Virus record (IMG/VR): IMGVR_UViG_3300001750_000005 | Reading direction: 5' to 3' (one strand) | Source: a virus | Length of the DNA: 64,000 nt | Shown here: positions 16,937 through 25,195 of the stretch, piece by piece | Position numbering within the stretch: the stretch's first letter is position 1 | Layout: each line of letters begins with the position of its first letter | Made by a program: the position numbers and the translations under genes | Notes under the pieces: model-generated | The model's database searches: none | Seen by the model: only the letters and a program-made list of their open reading frames with translations | What the model was told of the DNA's origin: nothing

Positions 16937-17431
16937 ATGGATAATGCACAATTAATAAATCAAGATAGCGGTGACTACGAATGGTATACTCCGCCAGAGA
17001 TATTGCAGAAAGTAAGAGAATTATATGGCGTTATTCAATTAGATCCAGCATCCAGTGAGCAAGCAAACAAAATAGTTAAGGCTGTAATGTTTTATACTGA
17101 AAATGGTCTTGAGCAAAATTGGTATGGTGATGTTTGGATGAATCACCCATTTAGCAGAGAGAATAATCCTTTATGGATCAATAAAGCTGTATCTGAATAT
17201 GAATCAGGGCGAGTAAGACAATTAACTTGCATAACTTATGCTGCAACATCAGAGAAATGGTTTAAACCATTAGTAGTGTTTCCACAATGCTATCTTTGCC
17301 CAAGGACAAATTATTATCTACCAGACGGAACAAAAAAGAAGGGGGTAACTAAAGGGTCTGTGATAACCTATATGGGACAGAATAAAGACAAATTCCGTAA
17401 ATTATTTAAAGGTTATGGGTGGTTTAAATAA
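16937..17431 (+). CDS. Phage DNA N6-adenine methyltransferase (phage Dam family)
   Basis: EWYTP...LDPAS...GLEQNWYGDVWMNHPFS...TSEKWF; catalytic motif reads NHPF. Confidence 0.8.
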   Translation: MDNAQLINQDSGDYEWYTPPEILQKVRELYGVIQLDPASSEQANKIVKAVMFYTENGLEQNWYGDVWMNHPFSRENNPLWINKAVSEYESGRVRQLTCITYAATSEKWFKPLVVFPQCYLCPRTNYYLPDGTKKKGVTKGSVITYMGQNKDKFRKLFKGYGWFK

Positions 17432-17769
17432 TGGATAAAGAAAGAAAACAGCGCACTATCCTACAGAACAAAAGCCTGCATAAATATTGTGAGTTATTGG
17501 CCGAAGCCTTAAACGATGCAGGATACGAAATGAAAGCTGTTCTCGCCGTAAAGCAAGTCGATATACCATGGAATAAAGACAGAGTAAAAGGCGTGCTCTG
17601 GAAGCCGTTACAAGAGGCTATAACAGGAAAGGAATCAACAACAGAACTTAACACCGTAGACCCGTCAGAGATATATGCTATACTCGATAGACATATCTCT
17701 CAAAACTTTGGGGTCCACGTCCCTTGGCCATGTGAAGAAAGTTTATACAGAGGAGATTATGATGTTTAA
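17431..17769 (+). CDS. NinB/DUF1367-like recombination accessory protein
   Basis: RTILQNKSLHKYCELLAEALND...KESTTELNT...pattern. Confidence 0.6.
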   Translation: MDKERKQRTILQNKSLHKYCELLAEALNDAGYEMKAVLAVKQVDIPWNKDRVKGVLWKPLQEAITGKESTTELNTVDPSEIYAILDRHISQNFGVHVPWPCEESLYRGDYDV

Positions 17770-18154
17770 AAATAAAAGATTACAATACGCAGAGAAGAAA
17801 GCCGATAAGCTATCAGAATCTAATGATAGATTGGAGAAGGAAATCGAATCTTTAAGGGATGAAAAGATAAAACTCCACGAAAAGGTGGAAATCCTCAAGG
17901 TAGAGAAAAAGACCAGCGAAGAAGACATCAAGCATATGATGAGAAAGAAAGAGGAAATGCTTGAGCTTAAATTTCAGAAAAAAGAACTGGAAAATGAAAA
18001 GAAGAAAAATGATGAGGTAGCTAAGGTTAAAGATCAATACCGTGACAAGCTTGAAGTCAGGCTTGAGACAGAAGTTACAAATATCAAGGAAATGTATGGG
18101 CAAATTCTTGAGCGTTTACCTAATGTTAATGTGAAGATGAAAGGGGAAGTATGA
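17759..18154 (+). CDS. Coiled-coil hypothetical protein
   Basis: K/E-rich heptads; AGAGGAG RBS before the ATG at 17759. Confidence 0.7.
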   Translation: MMFKNKRLQYAEKKADKLSESNDRLEKEIESLRDEKIKLHEKVEILKVEKKTSEEDIKHMMRKKEEMLELKFQKKELENEKKKNDEVAKVKDQYRDKLEVRLETEVTNIKEMYGQILERLPNVNVKMKGEV

Positions 18155-18420
18155 TGTCAGGTGGTCTTTTAGATCCATTGTATGGCGGACAGGCACAAAT
18201 GGGCGGTTTAAATTCTGCTAGTATTATAGGCGAATATAAGCAAATGTCACTTATTATGGGCCAATATAAGAAAATGTCACTTGCGCAAGCGATGCGAAAA
18301 GCACAAGAACAGGCGTTTGGGTGGCCAACTATGGCGAGAGACTATGCAGAAGAAAAAGTAAAGCCTCCGCAATCCTTTCGTGAAGAACTCCAATCAGAGA
18401 TAGACGAATGGTTAAAGTAA
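18151..18420 (+). CDS. Hypothetical protein
   Basis: Coupled start; internal 10-aa near-duplication GEYKQMSL/GQYKKMSL. Confidence 0.65.
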   Translation: MMSGGLLDPLYGGQAQMGGLNSASIIGEYKQMSLIMGQYKKMSLAQAMRKAQEQAFGWPTMARDYAEEKVKPPQSFREELQSEIDEWLK

Positions 18421-18484
18421 CATGGGAAGTCAGATATGAAACACTCTTGTTAGAGCAGGCTAGTAAATTATTGGAGACCACAAT

Positions 18485-18772
18485 ATGAACAACAATTTAA
18501 GTACAGAAAAAGTGGAAATGGAGACAAATCCAAAAGCCATAGAATTAATTATTGAAGAAATATCATCACAAGTGGATGGGCTTCAACAAAGCGTAAAAAG
18601 ATTGGCTGACATTGAAGAAAGATTACAAGGGCCAACTCCAAAAACTCAAACGGAAGATATGTGTGAGCCTTCAAACGATTATTTAACAATGTTAAATAAT
18701 CAAATCGAAAATTTAAAAACTGCTAATCGAGCAGCAGAATATATTATAAATAATATTGAGATAATCTTATGA
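18485..18772 (+). CDS. Hypothetical coiled-coil protein
   Basis: 95 aa, RBS ggag. Confidence 0.6.
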   Translation: MNNNLSTEKVEMETNPKAIELIIEEISSQVDGLQQSVKRLADIEERLQGPTPKTQTEDMCEPSNDYLTMLNNQIENLKTANRAAEYIINNIEIIL

Positions 18773-18887
18773 AACCACAAATAGATGAAAAACGAATTAG
18801 GCAAATCAGATATAACCCTGAACTAGTTAAGTGTATCTGGGTTATTATATTCGCAACTATTTTCTTAATCGGAATATCGGAGTGGCC

Positions 18888-19082
18888 ATGCATTCAATAG
18901 AAGACATCAAACGGACTATCCCTCAGCATTGGCGACAGGCCGCAACGGAGTACGAGAAAGGAAACGAAAAGGAAGCGTTAACCTTAATCTATATGGGGAT
19001 AGATGCTGTAGACATATTAAAATCAAGAGAAATAGAAGCTGCTAGTTCTGTTAGCGGAATAGGAGAACAAGATTATTTCTAA
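18888..19082 (+). CDS. Hypothetical protein
   Basis: GGAG RBS before MHSIED. Confidence 0.55.
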   Translation: MHSIEDIKRTIPQHWRQAATEYEKGNEKEALTLIYMGIDAVDILKSREIEAASSVSGIGEQDYF

Positions 19083-19195
19083 TATGAAAGAGCAGGGCTT
19101 GTTAAAAGATGATGTTGTAAAGATACTCCTTGAAGGCAAGCAATATAGGCAGAAAAGTTATTGAGGTAGAATAATGGACACATGGGATACACTCA

Positions 19196-19588
19196 GTGCT
19201 AAAATATTCAGAGAGAATATCGAAGCCTACGCGATATATTGGAGGGAGCGTGAGCCTACAGAAATTCAAATACATCAGATCGAAGAAAGCCCGGCAATCG
19301 GCCAAAGGCGAAGACTGTCTGATGAATGGCCCTAGCTGTAACTATAACCCGGAAACCACGGTATTGTGCCATAGCAACAAGCAATTGCATGGGAAGGGTT
19401 GGGGAATAAAGGCAAGTGATGAGTACAGCTTCTACGGCTGTTCAGGGTGTAATATGTGGTTTGATTCTGTGTCTGCCCCAGAAGAAGAAAAAGAGCATTA
19501 TTATCAAATCGCTCACGAAAGAACACAGGAAAAGTTTAAGGAGAAAGGATTATGGGAGGTTGTGATAAATGGTAATTATAGGAATTGA
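19196..19588 (+). CDS. DUF1364-family putative nuclease-domain protein
   Basis: IRSKKARQSAKGEDC...CNYNPETTVLCHSN...GKGWGIKASD...YGCSGCN. Confidence 0.75.
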   Translation: MLKYSERISKPTRYIGGSVSLQKFKYIRSKKARQSAKGEDCLMNGPSCNYNPETTVLCHSNKQLHGKGWGIKASDEYSFYGCSGCNMWFDSVSAPEEEKEHYYQIAHERTQEKFKEKGLWEVVINGNYRN

Positions 19589-20033
19589 TCCGGGAGTTAC
19601 CGGAGCTATAGCCTTAAGATGGGAAGGATATTATGAGGTTTATGATATTCCATATACTGTTGCCGACAAAAAAGGAAAACGTAAACAAGTGAATCCGGTA
19701 GCGTTATGGGAATTGTTAAAAGTTCAAGCGCCAAATCGCACTAGAGTTTTCTTGGAGAAGACGCACGCAATGCCAAAAAACGGGGTGATTGCCTCGTATT
19801 CTCAAGGCGATTCAAACGGCTGTATAAGATCTGTATGTGCTTGTCTCGGTTTTCCAATAGAGCTAGTAACACCTCATGCATGGAAGAAATATTTTAAACT
19901 CGGAAAAGATAAAGAGGTAGTGAGAGCGAAAGCAATAGAGGTATTTCCAAAAGCAGAACTACATTTAAAAAAACATCACAACAGAGCTGAGGCATTATTA
20001 ATAGCTCAATATGGGATGGAAAATGAAACCTGA
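19569..20033 (+). CDS. RuvC-like Holliday junction resolvase
   Basis: IIGIDPGVTGAIA, FLEK, VTPHAWKK, RAEALLIA. Confidence 0.85.
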   Translation: MVIIGIDPGVTGAIALRWEGYYEVYDIPYTVADKKGKRKQVNPVALWELLKVQAPNRTRVFLEKTHAMPKNGVIASYSQGDSNGCIRSVCACLGFPIELVTPHAWKKYFKLGKDKEVVRAKAIEVFPKAELHLKKHHNRAEALLIAQYGMENET

Positions 20034-20173
20034 ATTACCAGAAAGAATATGGGAGCCAACTCGGATCATTGAGGTGGATGGGAAATATGGCCGGGAAGAC
20101 TTGCAACTATGGGCCTCTCGCCCTGCTACGTTGCAAGACCAAAGTGACAGACGGGAATTTCTGAGGAAATGGG

Positions 20174-20437
20174 ATGAGCGGAAATGAGCTAAAGCAAAAA
20201 GCAAATGAATTTTATGCTAAGGAAATATGGCAATCCAATGTTAAGAAGCGGGTGTACCTGGATTGGCGAGACTTATTTACCACAGAAATAAGGGGTATTT
20301 TTATTGGTGAATATGATAACCATACTGACGGTAGAGAGTTTTTTCTCGATGTTATCCAAAGGCTCAGAGAATATACGAAAGACTACGCTATTCCCACGAG
20401 CATGCAGAACATGACGATTGATTATGAGGATGAATAA
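20174..20437 (+). CDS. Hypothetical protein
   Basis: 87 aa ORF in the operon. Confidence 0.6.
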   Translation: MSGNELKQKANEFYAKEIWQSNVKKRVYLDWRDLFTTEIRGIFIGEYDNHTDGREFFLDVIQRLREYTKDYAIPTSMQNMTIDYEDE

Positions 20438-20724
20438 TGCTAGATAACATAACAGAAGCTGTTCGGAAGACTAAATGCGATTGCGTAACAAACTGCGGAG
20501 ACGATCCACGTGTAGAAAGAGGAGAGGTTGAACCATGTAATATGAGGAAAAATATGGCAGTTTCAATTATGCTGGATGAGCTTGGAAAGATTGTCATAGA
20601 AGCTGCTCGATTATGGTCAAATAAGCCTAGTCTATCTACTCTGCGCAACCTCGATGAGGCCGTAAAGAGGTATGAAAATTTTCTGGAGAAGCAATTGATT
20701 GGGAGGAATGATGGAGAATACTAG
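20437..20724 (+). CDS. Hypothetical protein
   Basis: Coupled TAATG start. Confidence 0.6.
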   Translation: MLDNITEAVRKTKCDCVTNCGDDPRVERGEVEPCNMRKNMAVSIMLDELGKIVIEAARLWSNKPSLSTLRNLDEAVKRYENFLEKQLIGRNDGEY

Positions 20725-20968
20725 GTTAATTAAAAGCTATGTTTTCTATAAGGATAAATGTTGGTTTGTCAGTACTATAGACCGTGATTCATCAGCCCTT
20801 TATGGGGGGCGGTATGCAGAGACCTTAGTTTGGGAATATAACTGGGACAAGGCTGAGAGAGGAAAAATTGTTGGTCAGGCTGACTCAGTATGGGGAGATA
20901 TTTCAGCACATACGAATATGTGTGAATTAATATTCAACACAGGTGAAACAGATTTAGAGGAGGAATAA
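20699..20968 (+). CDS. Hypothetical protein
   Basis: GGAGG RBS at the internal ATG. Confidence 0.6.
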   Translation: MGGMMENTRLIKSYVFYKDKCWFVSTIDRDSSALYGGRYAETLVWEYNWDKAERGKIVGQADSVWGDISAHTNMCELIFNTGETDLEEE

Positions 20969-21150
20969 TGGATGATCACATAACATCAGTAGTCTTAGGG
21001 AAGATAATAACCAGAGCGTCCGCAGGGAAGGTTAAATATGGCGTAACAATGGAGCGGACAGACCTTACAAGAAAGGAATGGTTAAATCATGCTCAAGAGG
21101 AAGCAATGGATTTGTGTGTATACCTAGAAAAGCTAATACAGGAGGAATGA
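20968..21150 (+). CDS. Small MazG-like/all-alpha nucleotide pyrophosphohydrolase-like protein
   Basis: GKVKYGVTMER...WLNHAQEEAMDLCVYLEK. Confidence 0.5.
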   Translation: MDDHITSVVLGKIITRASAGKVKYGVTMERTDLTRKEWLNHAQEEAMDLCVYLEKLIQEE

Positions 21151-21398
21151 TGGATAAATTATATTATACGCAACCGGTGAATAATGGAGAATGGATATCA
21201 GTTAAAGAGAGATTGCCAGATAAGAATGATTATTATATATGTATATACATAGACGATGAATCTGATCGAATGACAGATATTATGTTTTATAATAAAGGTA
21301 TCAGGAAATTTATTGGACGTTTAGAAGTTGGTGACGCAATGTATGGGGATGAGGTTACTCACTGGATGCCCATACCATCACTACCGGAGGAGCCATGA
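21147..21398 (+). CDS. DUF551-family protein
   Basis: WISVKERLP...VTHWMPIP. Confidence 0.85.
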   Translation: MMDKLYYTQPVNNGEWISVKERLPDKNDYYICIYIDDESDRMTDIMFYNKGIRKFIGRLEVGDAMYGDEVTHWMPIPSLPEEP

Positions 21399-21742
21399 AA
21401 GACGAATCTATGAAAGAATTAAATAAAATGATAAGGGCATTTATTAATGATAATCATGGGAAAATAATCACTCATGCAGGAATGACTTATAAACTAAGAG
21501 TTCTTGCACAGAGGGCAATGAAATATCAGTTTGACAAAGGCAGATCATTTGGAATGAAGGCGCGCAAAAATATAAGCAAGATTCCTAGATTTTATACTTT
21601 AAAAGACCTATCCGAAGAATTTGATAGAAACTTGAGTACGGTATATACGAGATTAGGATCCGGCCTAACTTTGAGAGAAGCATTAACGCGGCCTGTTGAG
21701 CCAAAAGACCATGAAGAAAAAAGGGTTTATTATGGAGACTAG
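21395..21742 (+). CDS. Putative DNA-binding protein
   Basis: C-terminal TLKDLSEEFDRNLSTVYTRLGSGLTLREALTRP is HTH-like. Confidence 0.5.
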   Translation: MKDESMKELNKMIRAFINDNHGKIITHAGMTYKLRVLAQRAMKYQFDKGRSFGMKARKNISKIPRFYTLKDLSEEFDRNLSTVYTRLGSGLTLREALTRPVEPKDHEEKRVYYGD

Positions 21743-22292
21743 AGAACCTTCAACACATTTAAACAGAGGGAAGAAGCCTGACGACAAATTAGAGCGAATA
21801 TTAGAGCCGTGGGGGCTCTATCGGCAAAAGGGTGTCGATGGGCTTAGCTCTAAAAGAAAGTCACCCCTAGAGGGTTTCAATTGCCTTGAAACAGAGTTAA
21901 CAGATCATATAGACAAAAAGAGAAAAGCGACAATACGTGAAAATTTAATAGAAATTGGATATGGGAAAAAGAATCTTAATTATTGGGTGGAATTTTTTTA
22001 TAAGATATGGAAGTATGGAATTTATGAGTTAAAATTCCCAAAAGAGACTTTGTCAGCCAAACCATCAAATCCTTTGTATAACGGTGACAAGAGATATTCA
22101 AAAATAAATATAATACTATCATCCATTAATAGTCATTATTATAATATTCTAATACAGAAATATGAAAACTTATGGGAAATAAGGGATTTTCAGATAAATT
22201 GGGGATGGTCAGGAAGCGTTGCCAGAAATAAGTTAAAAAGGGCGAGGGCAGCAGCCAAAAAAGCATTGCGGGAAAATGGATATAAAGTTTGA
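21696..22292 (+). CDS. Putative Q-like late antiterminator/activator
   Basis: Last early gene, LERILEPWG motif (compare LExWG of Q-type proteins), basic C-terminal helix; its stop codon overlaps a strong promoter, as for lambda Q/pR'. Confidence 0.5.
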   Translation: MSQKTMKKKGFIMETREPSTHLNRGKKPDDKLERILEPWGLYRQKGVDGLSSKRKSPLEGFNCLETELTDHIDKKRKATIRENLIEIGYGKKNLNYWVEFFYKIWKYGIYELKFPKETLSAKPSNPLYNGDKRYSKINIILSSINSHYYNILIQKYENLWEIRDFQINWGWSGSVARNKLKRARAAAKKALRENGYKV

Positions 22293-22317
22293 CAAAAACG
22301 TTATATAGAGCTATATT
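22289..22317 (+). promoter_or_regulatory. Strong sigma70 promoter (pR'-like)
   Basis: TTGACA-17 nt-TATATT. Confidence 0.85.
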
Positions 22318-22323
22318 TTCATT

Positions 22324-23505
22324 AGAATTTCCATTCCTGCCTGGGAAATTGTTAGCCGGTGAGATCGTTTACAGCCAATTGTACGATTAAGTCTCAGAAG
22401 TACGGCGTTTTATTCAACTTTACGAAACAATCGTAAAGTAGTACAGAGTTTGATGTTGTGGCGGAAGTTGCGGAATAGCTCACAGGACGCCATTTTAGGA
22501 ACAATGCAGGTTGGTGACCGCTTTAAAAGATGGTATAGCGAACTGTGACGGCACTTGATAGGCCAACGATATCAAGCCAACATCAAATACCCTAAGGATT
22601 GCGGATACGCGGTCGGGTGGGTTGCGAAGGTAAAGCTTCGCTTTGAGTCCCTGCCTCAGTAGTTTGTAGGGTGGAGGCGGCGGTAAAGCGCGCCAATTGA
22701 GGTACCAATGGTTAAATGTCAAAACGGTTAAAATCCGTAGACAGCCTTGACCGTCAAGCCCGGCGGTATATAAACGGGTATGATGTTATTATGTTCCCCG
22801 GTAAACTAGCTGCGATTTGTCATCGCATTGATGGGATAACATAATAGGTAGGATTAATCCATTAACATCAAACCTGACCCCGATGGTATACGGGGAACTA
22901 ACAACCAAAGAGAAAGGCCCTGATCCGGGGCGGAGCAGCTAGGGCCTCCAACCCTAGGGAGAGAGCAGAAAGGCACCTGTCTCCACTGTTCTAAGAAGGC
23001 TATGTGGAAATAGCTGGATTGGGACAGAGGATAATATTTAATTCACAGCATATGTGGTAACAAGTTTTTATATTGCGTACTGAGTCCCGTTACATAGTAC
23101 GCCTAGCGTGAGAAACCTATGGTTAATATAAAATATCCACCGTTGAGATAAAACGCGCAGCAGGTAATGACCGGAGAGTAATCGTCCGGGGCTAAAATAT
23201 CTCTGTAATACGGTGGACCTTAACCCTGATAGTCGTTACCTCGGTCGAGCTATCAGCGGTAACAACCGAGGGCGGAATAGCTTCCAGAGACAAAAGCCAC
23301 GTTGGTGAGAGGCCAAGACTCCACCGTAGGGTAATCCGGGCTAGCATAGCCAGTTGCTCTACGGTGGACCTTTTAAAACCGCTCAAGCCTCTATCAAAAG
23401 TGTAGGTATCGAAAAGCCTTGCTTGTAAGCTTGAGCGGTAATTTTTACTCCCGGACCCATTAAAATACTTCTCCTGTGACTAAAGTTTGGGTTCCGGGTA
23501 AAAAT
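22324..23505 (+). ncRNA. Candidate giant structured non-coding RNA (about 1.1-1.2 kb)
   Basis: No credible plus-strand ORF; GC-richer than its flanks. More than 20 helices found by eye, including tttgatgtt/aacatcaaa (22449/22579), attatgtt/aacataat, ttttatatt/aatataaaa, tccaccgt/acggtgga twice, and accgctcaagc/gcttgagcggt. Confidence 0.7.
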
Positions 23506-23549
23506 TATGGATTATACGGCATAATTCTCCAATCAAAGAGCCAACCAAA

Positions 23550-23570
23550 GCCGTAATTTTTTCTTACGGC
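23550..23570. terminator. Hairpin at the convergence of the RNA and the leftward operon (possible terminator)
   Basis: gccgtaa-ttttttc-ttacggc; followed by a T-rich stretch on the minus strand. Confidence 0.4.
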
Positions 23571-23707
23571 GATATAGTACTTAGCATCACCTTGTGCTTT
23601 TTTCATGTCATTAATTGATGTGATATAGACTGTTTTCCAAGTCCCAAAATATTTAAGTTTTCTTTGCACTTGTAAAGCCATTTTATTACTCCTATGTAAT
23701 TCATCTT

Positions 23708-24418
23708 TTAGATATAGTTGGATACATCATTGTATATTTCGATAAAATTTGTTTTATCAGCAGTATAAGCAGCACGAGCAGCACGAGCAGCACGAATAGC
23801 ATCAGCAGCACTAACAGCAGCACGAGCAGCACGAACAGCAGTACGAGCAGTATAAGCAGCATCAGCAGCACGAGCAGCAGCATCAGCAGCACGAATAGCA
23901 CGAACAGTATCAGCAGCACGAACAGCAGCACGAGCAGCACGAACAGCAGCAGCATAAGAACGATGATTATTATCACAAACATAATAAATATAAGAAGCAC
24001 AATCTTCTTTTGATATTACTTTATTGTTTAGATAATCATTTGACCATTTATCCCATGCCTCGATTGGATTAAGCAGTAAATGGCTGACGGATTTAGCGCA
24101 TAAAATTGCAAAAACTATTTTTTCCCGCTGTGTGATATTAGGCAAAGTTACTAGCTCTAAAGGTGTTTGCCATTTACTCCCTATTTTCAGTCCATCGTCA
24201 GCAACGATGTCGCACTCAATTTTAACAAGTAACGGATTCTTATATTCGGCGTGGATAGGGTTAAAGATAACAGCCAGTTCTGGTGATTTATAGGCATGAA
24301 ATACCTGGTCAGAACAAAGTTCATTGCCGCGAATATCAATGGTTTCTTTTTTCCCTATTTCCCATTTAAACCCTTTATGGGTTGTGAAATCTTGATTCAT
24401 TAATTTATAAGCGATCAT
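23708..24418 (-). CDS. Phage protein with conserved N-terminal domain (DUF7666-like) and Ala/Arg low-complexity C-terminus
   Basis: AYKLMNQDFTTHKGFKWEIGK...LCSDQVFHAY N-terminus; about 65 aa of AAR/AAD-type repeats. Confidence 0.75.
   Translation of the reverse strand: MIAYKLMNQDFTTHKGFKWEIGKKETIDIRGNELCSDQVFHAYKSPELAVIFNPIHAEYKNPLLVKIECDIVADDGLKIGSKWQTPLELVTLPNITQREKIVFAILCAKSVSHLLLNPIEAWDKWSNDYLNNKVISKEDCASYIYYVCDNNHRSYAAAVRAARAAVRAADTVRAIRAADAAARAADAAYTARTAVRAARAAVSAADAIRAARAARAAYTADKTNFIEIYNDVSNYI
23760..23956. repeat. Imperfect 9-mer (GCAGCACGA)/GCA microsatellite-like coding repeat
   Basis: gcagcacgagcagcacgagcagcacgaatagcatcagcagc... read directly. Confidence 0.9.
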
Positions 24419-24581
24419 ATTACCTCCAACTGGTTAATTGATCTGTTGTAATCCATTTAGCAATCCACAAATCAATGACAAACGAATGCCATGATCTGTC
24501 TGATTCTTTCCAAAGTTTAAGTGCTTCGTGTTTAGTCATTGGATAGAGATCCAAACTGATCCACCAAATTCATTAATGTTC

Positions 24582-24788
24582 CTACAATTTAGTTTTAAGC
24601 AATTCAAGCACATCGTCCGGTATCGGCATAGTCTGTCCTTTGCTTAACCATCCTTCTACTGTTCTTGTAGATCTTGGTTTGCCGTCTCTAGGGAGAGCAT
24701 CGGCGATGATCTGCTTAGCCTCTTCACGACTAGATCCACAGTCTATAATATCCTGTACAATGGCCTGTAATTCAGTGAGATTTGACAC
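24582..24788 (-). CDS. Small HTH-like protein
   Basis: SREEAKQIIADAL...STRTVEGWLSKG...IPDDVLELLK. Confidence 0.55.
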   Translation of the reverse strand: MSNLTELQAIVQDIIDCGSSREEAKQIIADALPRDGKPRSTRTVEGWLSKGQTMPIPDDVLELLKTKL

Positions 24789-24811
24789 TACGTAGCTCCT
24801 TAAAATATGCT

Positions 24812-25195
24812 TCAGAATTTAAGTTCAAGATTAAGTACTTCACCAAACCACGCAATAGATACATGTTTAGTAAGGTCGTATTCAACAGCAATTAACGGAA
24901 TAATAGAGGTGTCTGAGCCTTTGCCAACGTCTTTACCGTGTAGCTTGTATCCACTAATAACACCTGCTCCAAGACGCAGCCTAGAGTTAACGTGAGCCAA
25001 ACCAACCGCATAAAACGAAGGCCTATGATAAGAATTGTATAACCCTCCTGCCCTGAAATTAGGCGTAAAATCGTAAGCAATACCAGGGTTAATATTGTTA
25101 AGCCCAGTAGTTTTAAGATGATCTGACACTGTGTGTACAGTCCAATCAGCCTGGACACTGGAAGAAAGAAGAAGCAAAAATATTGTTGTTTTCAT
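24812..25195 (-). CDS. Secreted outer-membrane beta-barrel protein, PagP-like
   Basis: Signal peptide MKTTIFLLLLSSSVQA; SDH, NNINPG, GGLYNSYHRPSFYA and GVISGY motifs; C-terminal LELKF with terminal Phe. Confidence 0.6.
   Translation of the reverse strand: MKTTIFLLLLSSSVQADWTVHTVSDHLKTTGLNNINPGIAYDFTPNFRAGGLYNSYHRPSFYAVGLAHVNSRLRLGAGVISGYKLHGKDVGKGSDTSIIPLIAVEYDLTKHVSIAWFGEVLNLELKF

Larger units (their letters stand above)
1..23235. repeat. First copy of a 23.2 kb direct repeat; recurs at 40766-64000 (genome unit 40,765 bp)
   Basis: Every ORF recurs with an identical translation at a constant offset of +40765. Position 40766 restarts cgagatatagagcaaatagg, as at position 1. Confidence 0.98.

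Noticed and set aside
23226-23263. HDV-like/theta ribozyme reading of the pseudoknot
   Set aside because: P1/P2/P3-like stems can be drawn, but L3 would be 4 nt and only 1 nt separates P1 from P2, leaving no room for P1.1, P4 or the catalytic J4/2.
23271-23326. tRNA-like element (GGCGGAATAGCT... T-arm-like hairpin ...TCCACC)
   Set aside because: Too short, no D-arm/anticodon arm geometry, non-canonical T-loop and no CCA; treated as part of the large RNA instead.
22495-23386. Minus-strand ORFs 22495-22722 and 23192-23386
   Set aside because: No RBS, no promoter on that strand, atypical composition; best explained as open frames in GC-rich structured RNA.
23701-24000. 99-aa Leu/Val-rich ORF resembling a membrane protein
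   Set aside because: It is the alternate frame of the trinucleotide-based repeat in the 236-aa gene.
23708-24418. Diversity-generating retroelement
   Set aside because: No reverse transcriptase and no template/variable repeat pair differing at adenines.
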